Assembly (NCBI GenBank): GCA_016839555.1
Contig: JAEOUA010000006.1
Location: 448,001 to 512,000, forward strand
Source of the DNA: Promethearchaeota archaeon
GTDB taxonomy: Archaea; Asgardarchaeota; Lokiarchaeia; Sigyniarchaeales; SOKP01
DNA: 64,000 nt
Reading direction: 5' to 3'
Shown: in pieces, positions 40,277-50,413 of the stretch
How the letters are laid out: each line of letters begins with the position of its first letter
Position numbering within the stretch: position 1 is the first letter of the stretch
Position numbers and translations under genes: made by a program
Notes under the pieces: model-generated
What the model was told of the DNA's origin: nothing
Seen by the model: only the letters and a program-made list of their open reading frames with translations
The model's database searches: none

Positions 40277-43200
40277 CTAAGTAAATTGCTTATTTGAAGG
40301 ATTAACATAATCTAAATCATTATCAGTGGGATTAAAATAAACCCAAATTTCGGAATCAGACCTATAATTAGGCCATGGATCTGACGGATGAATATAAATT
40401 GACACATTAAATCCTCCAAATTGATCTGTTTGAACAGTATCATTATATGCAATTATATTTCCAGCAAGATCTTTAACGGTGACATTTATATACATATCAG
40501 CAATTCCAGTATTATTGTCCCAAGTGAGATTTCCAATAACTATTAAAGTATCTGTATCTACCCAATATTCTGGATATTCAGTTTCCCATTTAAGAGTATA
40601 ATAATCTTGTTGGATTATTTGAGTACCAGCAGTTAGGTTTATGTTTAAAGAACTACTAAAATTAACCATATAATTAGATAAATAAATGCCTGAGTCAGAT
40701 ATAGTTCCATTAAAATCTATTATAATAATATATCGGCCTTGTTGAAGGGTATCATTATCTATTGAATTAATTAAAAATGTAAATTCTCCATTCGCATCTG
40801 TAAAAGTATATTGGGAATAACCAGGGGCAAAGTTAAGGTATTGAGAAAGATCTTGATTTTCGGAATTTAACAAATAAATTCCCATTTCAAGACTTCTTAA
40901 TGGAGAACTTCCATTCAAAACATTACCTGAAATTTCAAACCCATCGACAACCCTTTGTACACTAAATTCTGATTGAAAAATATTTATTGTGGCAGTTTCA
41001 TTTATTACTATATACGTGGAATTATATGTGTCATAATATGGTGCACCATCTTCTCCATACCTTACATTGATTTTATGTAAACCAGAATGTAAAGTATTTA
41101 TAGGAATAGAAAAATTCCAATATCCTTTATCAATAACTTCAAATTTATGTCTATCTAATTCAGTATTCGTATATACATCTATTAAATATACTATTGAATC
41201 AGCAGGAGCATAAGTATCGCTCTTATTAATCCATACCTCAAAAAGTGCATTCTCCCCATTTTGATAAGTTTCTGGAGGATCTATATTATTATAATTGGTT
41301 CTTGTATGATTCCCCTCGATCTTAAAAATAATACTTATCTCATCTAGATCATATACTTTTAGATCGTTAGTAGAATTAAAATTATCAGCAAAATTAGTAA
41401 TATAATTAAGATTAAAAATATAATCTGGATAGAAAAAATTTCCGTTGAATTCTAAGGAAAGTTTATAATTTTTTGTAGGGGTTCCCCCGTTCACAGTATA
41501 CTCCAAATATATATCTCCATTATCATTTGAACCTTCAAAGCTTCCTAGAAAATTTAAATAAGACACAGAAACTTCATTAGTTCCGTCATATATTTTTAAG
41601 GAAACTCCCCCAAATCGAATAGGATTTGATTCGGAATCTTCAAGAGTACCAATTATCCTAAAGATTCTATCTGTAGTCCCGCTTCTGCTAACATTCAAAT
41701 TATCAGGGCAAGATGTCAGATTCAAATTGATCTTATCATCCAAAATAAAATAAGAACTATTTTCAAAACTACCATACCGAGCATAAATTTTATTTGGGCC
41801 TGCTGGAATATTATCATTTATATTGTAGGTGTAGAGAGCAATTCCATTCGAGTTGGTGGTATTTTGTCCAATCAACAAACCAGTATAACTAAAGAAAGAG
41901 ATATCTTGTCCCGAAACAGATTCTCCCGTTTCATTTAACAATTTTGCTTTTAGGTCAACTGTAGATGGTCTTGCAACAACAGGCGCAGTATTATTACTCG
42001 CTTCAATATCATTTATATAGAACCATATTGAATATATCTGCTCTTTTGTAATATTTAAATCTAACCTATTTGAGGAATCATTAATAAATGGATAAGTATC
42101 AATAGAAAAATTAATACCTGTATAAAAAATCCAAGTTCCGTTGAAATCTGCTTGTATTTCATATTCTCCACTTGGTAGAGAATTATCTGGAGTTAATGAT
42201 ATATCAAATTCGCCGTTATCATCTGTTATGTTTCCAAATGGTATTAAGGCATTAGGAATAGCTAATGGAGAGCCTTTATTGAAAAGTAGGAATGAGATAT
42301 AAGCATGACTAACCCTATATCCATTGAGGGGATCTTCTAAATATCCTTGAACATTAACGGTTTCGCCATTGGAAATATTAACTGTGGAGGGCGAAACATC
42401 AGTTAAATTCAAATTTATATTCGTAGTAGGTCCCGTTATTGTATAATTTGTATAATCAACGGCTGATGAATAGGTTGCAGAAATATAATGTACTCCGATA
42501 GTCTGGCTGTTATTAATATCAACAGTGGTCCATGCGTTGCCATTTTGGTCTGTACTGACCGCATATATGATTTTATTCATGGATAAATCTCGGAAGGTAA
42601 TTATTCTATTTGCAACAGATTGATTTATAGAAGTTAATGTTGCAGAAATATTAGCTACATTTCCAACGTTCCTATATCCTTCAGTAAAATTAGTAGAAAT
42701 AGAAATATTAAAACCACCTGTTGTAGCGTTAAAAGGAGAAATATTCTCACATACATCAAATTGAACCCAATTACCGCTTCCGTCTGTAGATGTTGGTACA
42801 TATATTTCTGCCCAATTATAAATATTTGATTGCATAATGGGAATCACATTCTTTACCTCTGCTGGGTCATAAATCTCTTGTAAATTTCGAGTATTATATC
42901 CATCAACATACCGGCAGGCAAGGCCGAAAGCTCTTGAAAATGCACAGAAAGCAGATACAAAATCGGACCATACTCCTTCTTGATACTGGCAGAACCATTC
43001 AACAATATCATCACCAGAAGCAGGAGGATTACTAAAAATTGCAGATGCGCTAAAAACAAAATTATTTTCTAAATAATTCTGTATTTTCGCTGCTATTGTT
43101 GCAGCATTATCCCCATCTTGAATAATCCCATCTAAGTTATTATAATGATTTTCGAAATATGGATGAGCATTAATATAGGTATTAATATCAGGGGGTAATT

Positions 43201-44098
43201 GGAGATAACGATTTTTAATCGGGTTCGGAGTATAACTTTCATCTACTGCTGAATTATTTATTTCTGTAAAAGTGGGGAGATCTAAGCCAAATAGTTCATA
43301 GGTCATATTAACATCTCCAGTGGAAGTGAAATCAAGTGTTAATATAGTTGAATTAAATTCGGTTTTTGATAATCTTGTTTCTAATTCGTCTATATTATTG
43401 GCATGTACACTATTTTCCATAATAAAAGGAATAGGAAATAGATTAGGTATTACAAAGGAACTATAACCTGTTTGATTTGGAGATAATGGCATTGAGATAT
43501 TAAGTATATCTAGTCCTGGATATTTTGAGATATAAGCGCTATACGGATAAAAATTATAAGTGCTTTGAGTAGAAGTGCTTTGCCATGTTGTCCCAGTAAA
43601 CTCATCAAAACATTCATATTTCCACAAGCTACCTAGAACACTATCAATATTATCGTAATCATATATTCTAAATGCTTCAGAATTTGATAATAAAAAGGCC
43701 CCAATTAATCCTGCAAACAAGGAAAGATCTAAATCATCAATATTTCCATCGATCATATCAGAATATTGATCTAAGAGATCATCTAAAAGATTGTCTAATT
43801 GATCAGGTGTTAAAGTTATATTAAGATCATTAAGCCAATCTGCAAGATCTTGTGGATCTAATATATTTGCTAAAGCATTTGGATCCCAAGGTAATGGAGG
43901 GACTGTAAGGATAGGTTGATAGGGAATCGTACTTAATAAATTCTCATTAGGTTCAAGACGCTTTGAATCAGTTAACCAATTAAAAAGAGTCACAGAAAAT
44001 GTTAACGCTGCGATTAAAAGCCCAACAAGCAGTATAACCCCCACAACTCTCTTTTTAGAGATACCAGAACTTAAAAGTTCTTCTTCTAGCTCAATCAT
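40277..44098 (-). CDS. Large surface protein: transglutaminase-like domain (catalytic residues substituted) plus Ig-like repeats
   Basis: N-terminal TM; WKYECFDEFTGTTW; WFCQYQEGVWSDFVSAF...GLACRYVDGY...YNWAEIY...GNWVQFDV; repeated T(D/N)xNG beta-sandwich units. Confidence 0.8.
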   Translation of the reverse strand: MIELEEELLSSGISKKRVVGVILLVGLLIAALTFSVTLFNWLTDSKRLEPNENLLSTIPYQPILTVPPLPWDPNALANILDPQDLADWLNDLNITLTPDQLDNLLDDLLDQYSDMIDGNIDDLDLSLFAGLIGAFLLSNSEAFRIYDYDNIDSVLGSLWKYECFDEFTGTTWQSTSTQSTYNFYPYSAYISKYPGLDILNISMPLSPNQTGYSSFVIPNLFPIPFIMENSVHANNIDELETRLSKTEFNSTILTLDFTSTGDVNMTYELFGLDLPTFTEINNSAVDESYTPNPIKNRYLQLPPDINTYINAHPYFENHYNNLDGIIQDGDNAATIAAKIQNYLENNFVFSASAIFSNPPASGDDIVEWFCQYQEGVWSDFVSAFCAFSRAFGLACRYVDGYNTRNLQEIYDPAEVKNVIPIMQSNIYNWAEIYVPTSTDGSGNWVQFDVCENISPFNATTGGFNISISTNFTEGYRNVGNVANISATLTSINQSVANRIITFRDLSMNKIIYAVSTDQNGNAWTTVDINNSQTIGVHYISATYSSAVDYTNYTITGPTTNINLNLTDVSPSTVNISNGETVNVQGYLEDPLNGYRVSHAYISFLLFNKGSPLAIPNALIPFGNITDDNGEFDISLTPDNSLPSGEYEIQADFNGTWIFYTGINFSIDTYPFINDSSNRLDLNITKEQIYSIWFYINDIEASNNTAPVVARPSTVDLKAKLLNETGESVSGQDISFFSYTGLLIGQNTTNSNGIALYTYNINDNIPAGPNKIYARYGSFENSSYFILDDKINLNLTSCPDNLNVSRSGTTDRIFRIIGTLEDSESNPIRFGGVSLKIYDGTNEVSVSYLNFLGSFEGSNDNGDIYLEYTVNGGTPTKNYKLSLEFNGNFFYPDYIFNLNYITNFADNFNSTNDLKVYDLDEISIIFKIEGNHTRTNYNNIDPPETYQNGENALFEVWINKSDTYAPADSIVYLIDVYTNTELDRHKFEVIDKGYWNFSIPINTLHSGLHKINVRYGEDGAPYYDTYNSTYIVINETATINIFQSEFSVQRVVDGFEISGNVLNGSSPLRSLEMGIYLLNSENQDLSQYLNFAPGYSQYTFTDANGEFTFLINSIDNDTLQQGRYIIIIDFNGTISDSGIYLSNYMVNFSSSLNINLTAGTQIIQQDYYTLKWETEYPEYWVDTDTLIVIGNLTWDNNTGIADMYINVTVKDLAGNIIAYNDTVQTDQFGGFNVSIYIHPSDPWPNYRSDSEIWVYFNPTDNDLDYVNPSNKQFT

Positions 44099-44203
44099 GA
44101 ATAAAAACTTATTTTAAAATCTACTCTAATTTTATTTAGATATTAATCTAAATTTAGATATAAAAAGTTTATTCTAATAGTAAAAAAATAAGGAGAAAAG
44201 GGC

Positions 44204-45301
44204 CTAAAAACAATCCCAATAAGGAGATAAATTGTCTTTCAAATAAGGAATAAGTTTTACATTTATGTATTGTAATAACTCTGGATTAGATTCTCTTGAG
44301 GATTCTTTTATTAAAGTCTCCTCGGGTTCCTCATTTAATACCATCAGGCAATTATGAACTGCTTTAGCTTGTTTATCTAATTGATAACCTCCCTCTAAAG
44401 TTATCAAGATTCTTCCTTCAGCATATTTATCGGCAATTTTTTTTATTTTTTTCAGATATTCTGCCGGTCCTTGGTATGTCCATCCCATATTCGTAAGGCG
44501 GTCCGTGTGATGGGTATCAAATCCCGCCGAAATAAGAATAAATTCAGGAACAAATTCATTCAATACAGGTTCAATAATTTCCTCAAAAAATATCATTATG
44601 ATATCCTCAGCTGCTCGCGGGGGCATAGGATAATTTATTATTTTTCCTTTTCCCCTTCCTGAACCGATTTCATCTGGGAATCCACTTCCAGGATAAAGAG
44701 TTCTTCCATCTTGATGAGATCCAAAAAGAACAACCTCTCCCTTTTCTGAAGGACTTCCGCTAAAAAAGATGTCTTGCGTGCCATTTCCATGATGGCAATC
44801 CCAATCAATAATAGCAATTCGTTTAAAACCTTTTTCTCTAATAAGATATTCGGTACCAATAGCGATATTATTAAATATGCAGAAGCCAGCACATCTATAC
44901 GCGTTTGTATGGTGCCCTGGAGGTCTTACAAGCGCAAAACCGTTATTAACATCCTTAGATAAGATTTGATCAATCCCCTCTAAATTTCCCCCTACGGAAT
45001 AAAGTGATGCTTCATAGGTCTTTGGAGATACTAAAGTATCCATATCTAGACTCTGAACGTGACCTGTTGAGGCTGCTCGTTCGCTAATTTTTTTAACTTG
45101 AGTAATTAATTGATCCGTATGGACATATTTAATTTGCTCTAATGTTGCTTCTCTCGGAGTAATAATTTTAAAATCTGGACTCTCCAGAATTCCTTTTTCT
45201 TTAAGAAGATCCATGATAGCTATTAATCTTTCATGACTTTCCACATGGGTACCTATCCGATGTTCTAAATAGATATCATCATAAACAATGCCCGTTGTCA
45301 T
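44204..45301 (-). CDS. Histone deacetylase family (class II-like/acetoin utilization) Zn deacetylase
   Basis: HVESHERL, RPPGHH, GFCIFNN, DWDCHHGNGTQ, SAGFD, LEGGY. Confidence 0.95.
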   Translation of the reverse strand: MTTGIVYDDIYLEHRIGTHVESHERLIAIMDLLKEKGILESPDFKIITPREATLEQIKYVHTDQLITQVKKISERAASTGHVQSLDMDTLVSPKTYEASLYSVGGNLEGIDQILSKDVNNGFALVRPPGHHTNAYRCAGFCIFNNIAIGTEYLIREKGFKRIAIIDWDCHHGNGTQDIFFSGSPSEKGEVVLFGSHQDGRTLYPGSGFPDEIGSGRGKGKIINYPMPPRAAEDIIMIFFEEIIEPVLNEFVPEFILISAGFDTHHTDRLTNMGWTYQGPAEYLKKIKKIADKYAEGRILITLEGGYQLDKQAKAVHNCLMVLNEEPEETLIKESSRESNPELLQYINVKLIPYLKDNLSPYWDCF

Positions 45302-45640
45302 AATATATTCAGCTATTTTAGATTAGATTTTTAATAATTTCTTTTATATTAATATATTTTCGTACCTTATAATAAAGATTTAGATTTTTAAATTAAATCT
45401 TTTTCTTTTTATAGGAGAAGAATTTCAAATCATTTATGAGCTTTAAAAGCAATTTTCGGTAAACTGATTCAAAAATTAGTAGGTTTTTCAATTCATAAAA
45501 GACAGAGTTTAATTTATTCCTATTAAATGAATTTGGATCAAAATTAGTTAAACTTTTTCTTTCATTATTAAATATGTAGATATATAATTTATAGAAAAAT
45601 ACTAACTCTTAATTTTAGGAATTAATAGGTTCATAAGGTC

Positions 45641-46174
45641 ATGAGTGAAGATAATAACATAATTAAACTAAAAATAATTATTGTGGGCGAGCCAGCTGTA
45701 GGTAAGACTAGTTTAGTAATGAGATTTATCTCCGATAGATTTTCCAAGGATTATAGGAGCACGATTGGAACAAATATATTTATGAAAAATATTGAATTAG
45801 AAAACGGGATAACAAAACTTACATTATGGGATATAGCGGGCCAGGAAAAATGGTTAAATATGCGCCATAAATATTATAGAGGTGCTCAAGGCGCAATAAT
45901 AGTGGGCGATTTAACAAGAGAAAATACATTTAATCAAATAGAGGAATTTTGGTATAAAGATTTAAAAAAATATTTAAAAAATATTCCAATTTTCTTAATT
46001 GGAAATAAAAATGACCTAGAATCTCAAATATCAGAAGATTATATTAAGAGTTTGGAAAAGCGGATTAAAGCTGAAGCATCGATTATAACATCAGCGAAAA
46101 CAGGTGATAATGTAAATGAGGTTTTTATAAAATTATCAAAAAAAATTATAGAATATAATAAGAATAAAAATTAA
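45641..46174 (+). CDS. Ras-superfamily small GTPase, Rab-like
   Basis: GEPAVGKTS, STIG, WDIAGQE, YYRGA, GNKND, SAKTG; no C-terminal Cys. Confidence 0.92.
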   Translation: MSEDNNIIKLKIIIVGEPAVGKTSLVMRFISDRFSKDYRSTIGTNIFMKNIELENGITKLTLWDIAGQEKWLNMRHKYYRGAQGAIIVGDLTRENTFNQIEEFWYKDLKKYLKNIPIFLIGNKNDLESQISEDYIKSLEKRIKAEASIITSAKTGDNVNEVFIKLSKKIIEYNKNKN

Positions 46175-47157
46175 GCTGTAAGATCGATCACCATTTTTAT
46201 AAATTTTCTTTCTCCAGGCTCTAAATAGGAATTAAATAAATTTTGGAGATTTTCTAGTTTTACTGTCTTGGAAATAAATTTGTCTAAAGGAATATCATTA
46301 TTTCTAATCAAATCTATGGCTGCCAAAATATCTTCTCTATCATGTCCTAGACAACCTTTGATGCCTAACTCTTTTGAATTAATCAAGAATGAGGGAAATT
46401 CTATAGTGCCTTTATGAATTCCTTCCAATAAGATAGTTCCTCCACGCATTATTATATCGATTCCTAGTAAAATAGTTTCTTGATTCGCCACACAATCAAA
46501 AATAAAAGTTGGCTCTCCCTTTTCTTTGAAATATTTTTTGATTTTTGCTTTTCGAGGGGGTATTGCCTCATCTGCGCCAAACTCTAATGCTTTTTCCCGT
46601 AGGAAAGTGTGTGGTTCAATAACAATGATATATTCAGGGTTTTTTTCCACTAGCAATGCCTTTAAGAAACATAATCCGATATTTCCTCCTCCAATAATCA
46701 TAATTTTCTCATTATCTTGAACCCGCGATAATTTCATAGCTCTGGTAATATTAGCAAACGATTCAATCATTATTGCTTCTTTAAGTGGGATATTTTTAGG
46801 TATATGAAATAAATATTTCTGAGGTACCTTTACAAATTCCGCATAACCACCATTTTGAAAGATACCTAATCCCCCTAATTCTCCCCCGCTTATATCCAAT
46901 TTTACATTGATGGCACATACTCTATCTCCTGGACTGAAATTTTCAATATTTTTTCCTACTTCTTCAATAACACCAGATATTTCATGGCCCATTATGAGTG
47001 GTGTTTGATATATTTTATTTTTAAAATTGTGGACATCAGAGCCACATATACCACAATAAGCGGTCTTAAGTAAAACATCGTCAAATCCTATGGTAGGCAT
47101 TGGATAGTCTTCATAATATACAATTTTCTTTTTCTCCTCAAATACGGCAGCTTTTAT
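46171..47157 (-). CDS. Zn-dependent medium-chain dehydrogenase (MDR); start extended to ATA 47157
   Basis: CGICGSD, MGHE, GGGNIG; lacks the 4-Cys structural-zinc loop. In-frame upstream IKAAVFEEKKKIVYYEDYP follows an SD-like GTGAT. Confidence 0.85.
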   Translation of the reverse strand: MKAAVFEEKKKIVYYEDYPMPTIGFDDVLLKTAYCGICGSDVHNFKNKIYQTPLIMGHEISGVIEEVGKNIENFSPGDRVCAINVKLDISGGELGGLGIFQNGGYAEFVKVPQKYLFHIPKNIPLKEAIMIESFANITRAMKLSRVQDNEKIMIIGGGNIGLCFLKALLVEKNPEYIIVIEPHTFLREKALEFGADEAIPPRKAKIKKYFKEKGEPTFIFDCVANQETILLGIDIIMRGGTILLEGIHKGTIEFPSFLINSKELGIKGCLGHDREDILAAIDLIRNNDIPLDKFISKTVKLENLQNLFNSYLEPGERKFIKMVIDLTA

Positions 47158-47358
47158 TGTTTATCACTTTTCTATAATATTTAAATTAAAATTTAATTCT
47201 TTATAATTTAATATTTGATTTGAATTAATTAAGATTTCTAATTAAAAGAAGGAGTTAAAAATTTAAATCATAAGTTTTAATCTAATCGCTATATTTAATT
47301 AATCATACGAGATTATTAATAAAAAATTTTATCTAAATACACACAATAGGGATTTTTA

Positions 47359-49212
47359 TTGGTTTTTGGTTTTATAGGAAAAATACTCAAAATAGATTTA
47401 ACTAAACTTATTTTTAGATTTGAATCGATTAATTTAGAGTATAAGAATAAGTTTTTAGGAGGAGCTGGATATTCTTGTCGTTATTTAATAGAGAGACTGA
47501 ATGGGAATACCGATCCTTTATCTAAGGATAATATTTTAATGATAATGACGGGCCCTCTATGTGGAACTGCCGCACCATCCTCAAGCAGATTTGTTTTATG
47601 TAGTAAATCTCCTTATACAAAATTATGGGGGGAGTCTAATTGTGGAGGATATTTTGGACCAGAATTGAAAAAGGCAGGATATGATGGAATAATTATAGAA
47701 GGGAAAGCAAAAGATCCTGTTTATATAAATATAGATGATGATATAGTTGAAATAATTACAGATAAAACCCTTTGGGGAAAATCTATAAGGGAAACTCGGG
47801 ATATATTATTAAATAAAACACATAATTCAAAAGCGAAAACACTCTGCATAGGACAAGGTGGGGAAAACTTAGTAAAATTTGCCACTATCAATTCGGATGG
47901 AAGAAGTGCAGGACGTACTGGAATGGGTGCAGTAATGGGATCTAAAAATTTAAAGGCAATTATCGTGAAAGGAAAAACTTCAAAAACAAAAATAGGAAAT
48001 CCGAAAAAGTTTAAAGAAGCCAATAAGAAAATTTTAAAATTCATCTTAAACACTGATACTATTGATATACTGCGATCCTACGGGACAAGTTCAGGAGTTT
48101 TAAATACATATGCTTTAGGTGATTTACCGATTAAATATTGGTCATTAGGTAAATGGAAAGATGTAATGGATATTTCGGCTGAAAACTATAAGGAAAATCT
48201 TTTCATTAAAAAGAGTGCATGTTATGGATGTCCTATAGCTTGTGGGAGAATTATAGATATTAATAATGAATATTATAATGCGGAGGCGATAGAAGGTCCG
48301 GAGTATGAAACCATCGCAGGATTTGGATCCATGATTTTAAATAATAATTTAGAATCAATAGCAATTGCGAATGATCTATGTAATGAATACGGATTAGATA
48401 CTATAAGTACAAGCAGTATCATAGCTTTATTATTTAAGCTCTATAATGAAAAAAAAATTAATAAAAATGATATTGATGGCTTAAAGCTGGAATGGGGAAA
48501 TTATGAAGTATTATATCCCCTTATAAAAAAAATAGCCTTTCGAGAAGGGATTGGAAATCTCTTAGCGGAAGGTTCAGATGCTGTAGGAAAACATTTTGGA
48601 ATTTCTAAAGAAGAAATTGCCACAGTCAATTCATTGGAAGTGCCTTATCATGATATGAGATCGTGCTATGGAATGGCTATAACATATTTATTTAGTCCTA
48701 GAGGGGCATGCCATACTACCGCTGATGCATATAAGGCGTTAAGAAAAGCTAATGAGATTGATTTCTCCTCTCTTAACATAGGAAAGACTGATATTCATTC
48801 CAATACAAAAGAATTGGTAAAATATACTGCAAATCTCCAGGATTATAGAGCATTATATTCAAGTTTAATTTCATGTGTATTTTTTAATCCTCCACCTTCT
48901 TATCTGGCAGAAATGATTAATTCCTTACTCGGGTATGAATATAATTTAAATGATTTCAAAATCTTAGGAGAGCGGATCTTTACAATAAAACGATTATTTA
49001 ATTTACGAATGGGGCTTACTCCAAAAGATGAAAAAATTCCTCAAGTTCTTCTTAAACCTAAGAAAGAAGGTGTTGTAAGAGGTAAATATCCAAATTATAA
49101 AAAATTGAAAATTTACTATTATGAAACTAGAAAATGGGATAAAAAGACTGGATATCCCAGTGAAGAAAAACTGAAGTTTCTAGGATTAAAAGATTTAGTT
49201 TACTTTTTTTAG
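47359..49212 (+). CDS. aor: Tungsten-dependent aldehyde:ferredoxin oxidoreductase family
   Basis: KSPYT..GESNCGG, AGRTGMGAVMGSKNLKAI, CYGCPIAC, GPEYET, GLDTIS, RGACH. Confidence 0.93.
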   Translation: MVFGFIGKILKIDLTKLIFRFESINLEYKNKFLGGAGYSCRYLIERLNGNTDPLSKDNILMIMTGPLCGTAAPSSSRFVLCSKSPYTKLWGESNCGGYFGPELKKAGYDGIIIEGKAKDPVYINIDDDIVEIITDKTLWGKSIRETRDILLNKTHNSKAKTLCIGQGGENLVKFATINSDGRSAGRTGMGAVMGSKNLKAIIVKGKTSKTKIGNPKKFKEANKKILKFILNTDTIDILRSYGTSSGVLNTYALGDLPIKYWSLGKWKDVMDISAENYKENLFIKKSACYGCPIACGRIIDINNEYYNAEAIEGPEYETIAGFGSMILNNNLESIAIANDLCNEYGLDTISTSSIIALLFKLYNEKKINKNDIDGLKLEWGNYEVLYPLIKKIAFREGIGNLLAEGSDAVGKHFGISKEEIATVNSLEVPYHDMRSCYGMAITYLFSPRGACHTTADAYKALRKANEIDFSSLNIGKTDIHSNTKELVKYTANLQDYRALYSSLISCVFFNPPPSYLAEMINSLLGYEYNLNDFKILGERIFTIKRLFNLRMGLTPKDEKIPQVLLKPKKEGVVRGKYPNYKKLKIYYYETRKWDKKTGYPSEEKLKFLGLKDLVYFF

Positions 49213-49387
49213 ACTTTTTATTCATTTATTTTCTATACCATTCATTTCTCTTCTATATTATTCACTTCTTGTCTTTTTTTCAATCGAAATAATGCATATC
49301 AAATTCTAAAGCTATAAATTAAAAGAATTAAATTTAGATAAAATCAATTTTTAAATAATAAATAAAACAAATTTTGGATGACTCACA

Positions 49388-50107
49388 ATGGAAGAATTTG
49401 TAGGCAGTGAAGAGCATATCGAAGGAGGAGGGAAAATTCGGAGCATTATCTTAGGATTTAATGATGGGCTTATCTCTGTATTCACTCTATTAGTTGGAGT
49501 CGCCGCGGCAACTTTAAATGAAGGGAATACTGTTGTTATTCTTACAGGGGTTGCCGCGATGGTATCAGGTGCCATAAGTATGGGGCTGGGGGAATATATT
49601 TCCAGTAAGAGTGAAATAAAGTATATCAAAAATGAATTAAAACGAGAAAGAGCAGAAATAAAACTATTTCCGGATGAAGAAAAAGAAGAAGTAAGACAAA
49701 TAATGAAAAAATGGGGTTTTAAAGGCCAACAATTAGATGATTCTGTTGAGACTATTATTTCTGATGAAGAGACATGGGTTGATTTTCTTACTAAAAGCGA
49801 ATTAGGGCTTGAAGAACCCGGTAATCCACTAATAGGTGGAATAATAACGTTCTTCTCATTTATTTTGGGATCCATAATCAGTTTATTTCCATATTTCATA
49901 AATTTAGGAATAATTTCTCTTATCTTGAGCTCAATAATTTCATTTAGTATGCTTTTTGTTGTTGGAGCCGTTAAAGTGAAAATAACTGGAGAAAATCCAT
50001 GGAAAAGCGGAATAGAAATGCTAGTTATAGGGATTATCGCATTTATAGCTTCATATGGGATTGGAACATGGTTAGATATAATCCTCCCCTCAAGCCAAGG
50101 GGCATAG
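49388..50107 (+). CDS. VIT1/CCC1 family Fe/Mn transporter
   Basis: IILGFNDGL, GAISMGLGEYIS, acidic cytoplasmic loop, ELGL. Confidence 0.92.
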   Translation: MEEFVGSEEHIEGGGKIRSIILGFNDGLISVFTLLVGVAAATLNEGNTVVILTGVAAMVSGAISMGLGEYISSKSEIKYIKNELKRERAEIKLFPDEEKEEVRQIMKKWGFKGQQLDDSVETIISDEETWVDFLTKSELGLEEPGNPLIGGIITFFSFILGSIISLFPYFINLGIISLILSSIISFSMLFVVGAVKVKITGENPWKSGIEMLVIGIIAFIASYGIGTWLDIILPSSQGA

Positions 50108-50119
50108 TAATAAAAACTA

Positions 50120-50398
50120 TTAGATACCCAAAATCTTTATCTTTCCTTTTTTATTAATCACTCCAACCACAGTAGAAACTCTTTTAGAATAAGACCGAGA
50201 AGAGAAGATACTTATTAATTTATCATCAAAATATTTTTTATAACCATTTTTTTGTTTTTCATGGGATCGGATTATATAATTTATTTTATTGTTTTCGATG
50301 AAATTGAAAAATGCGTCTTCCCCAAAACGCTTTACTCCCGGCCCTCGACTACTCCATTTGAATTCTTTAACCCTTTTATGCGGGTCATTCCATAATAA
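50120..50398 (-). pseudogene. C-terminal remnant of a PPP-family Ser/Thr protein phosphatase
   Basis: LLWNDPHKRVKEFKWSSRGPGVKRFGEDAFFNFIENNKINYIIRSHEKQKNGYKKYFDDKLISIFSSRSY...; preceded by in-frame stops and lacking a start codon and the GDxHG/GDxxDRG/GNHE half. Confidence 0.8.
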
Positions 50399-50413
50399 TT
50401 ATCATTTAATAAT

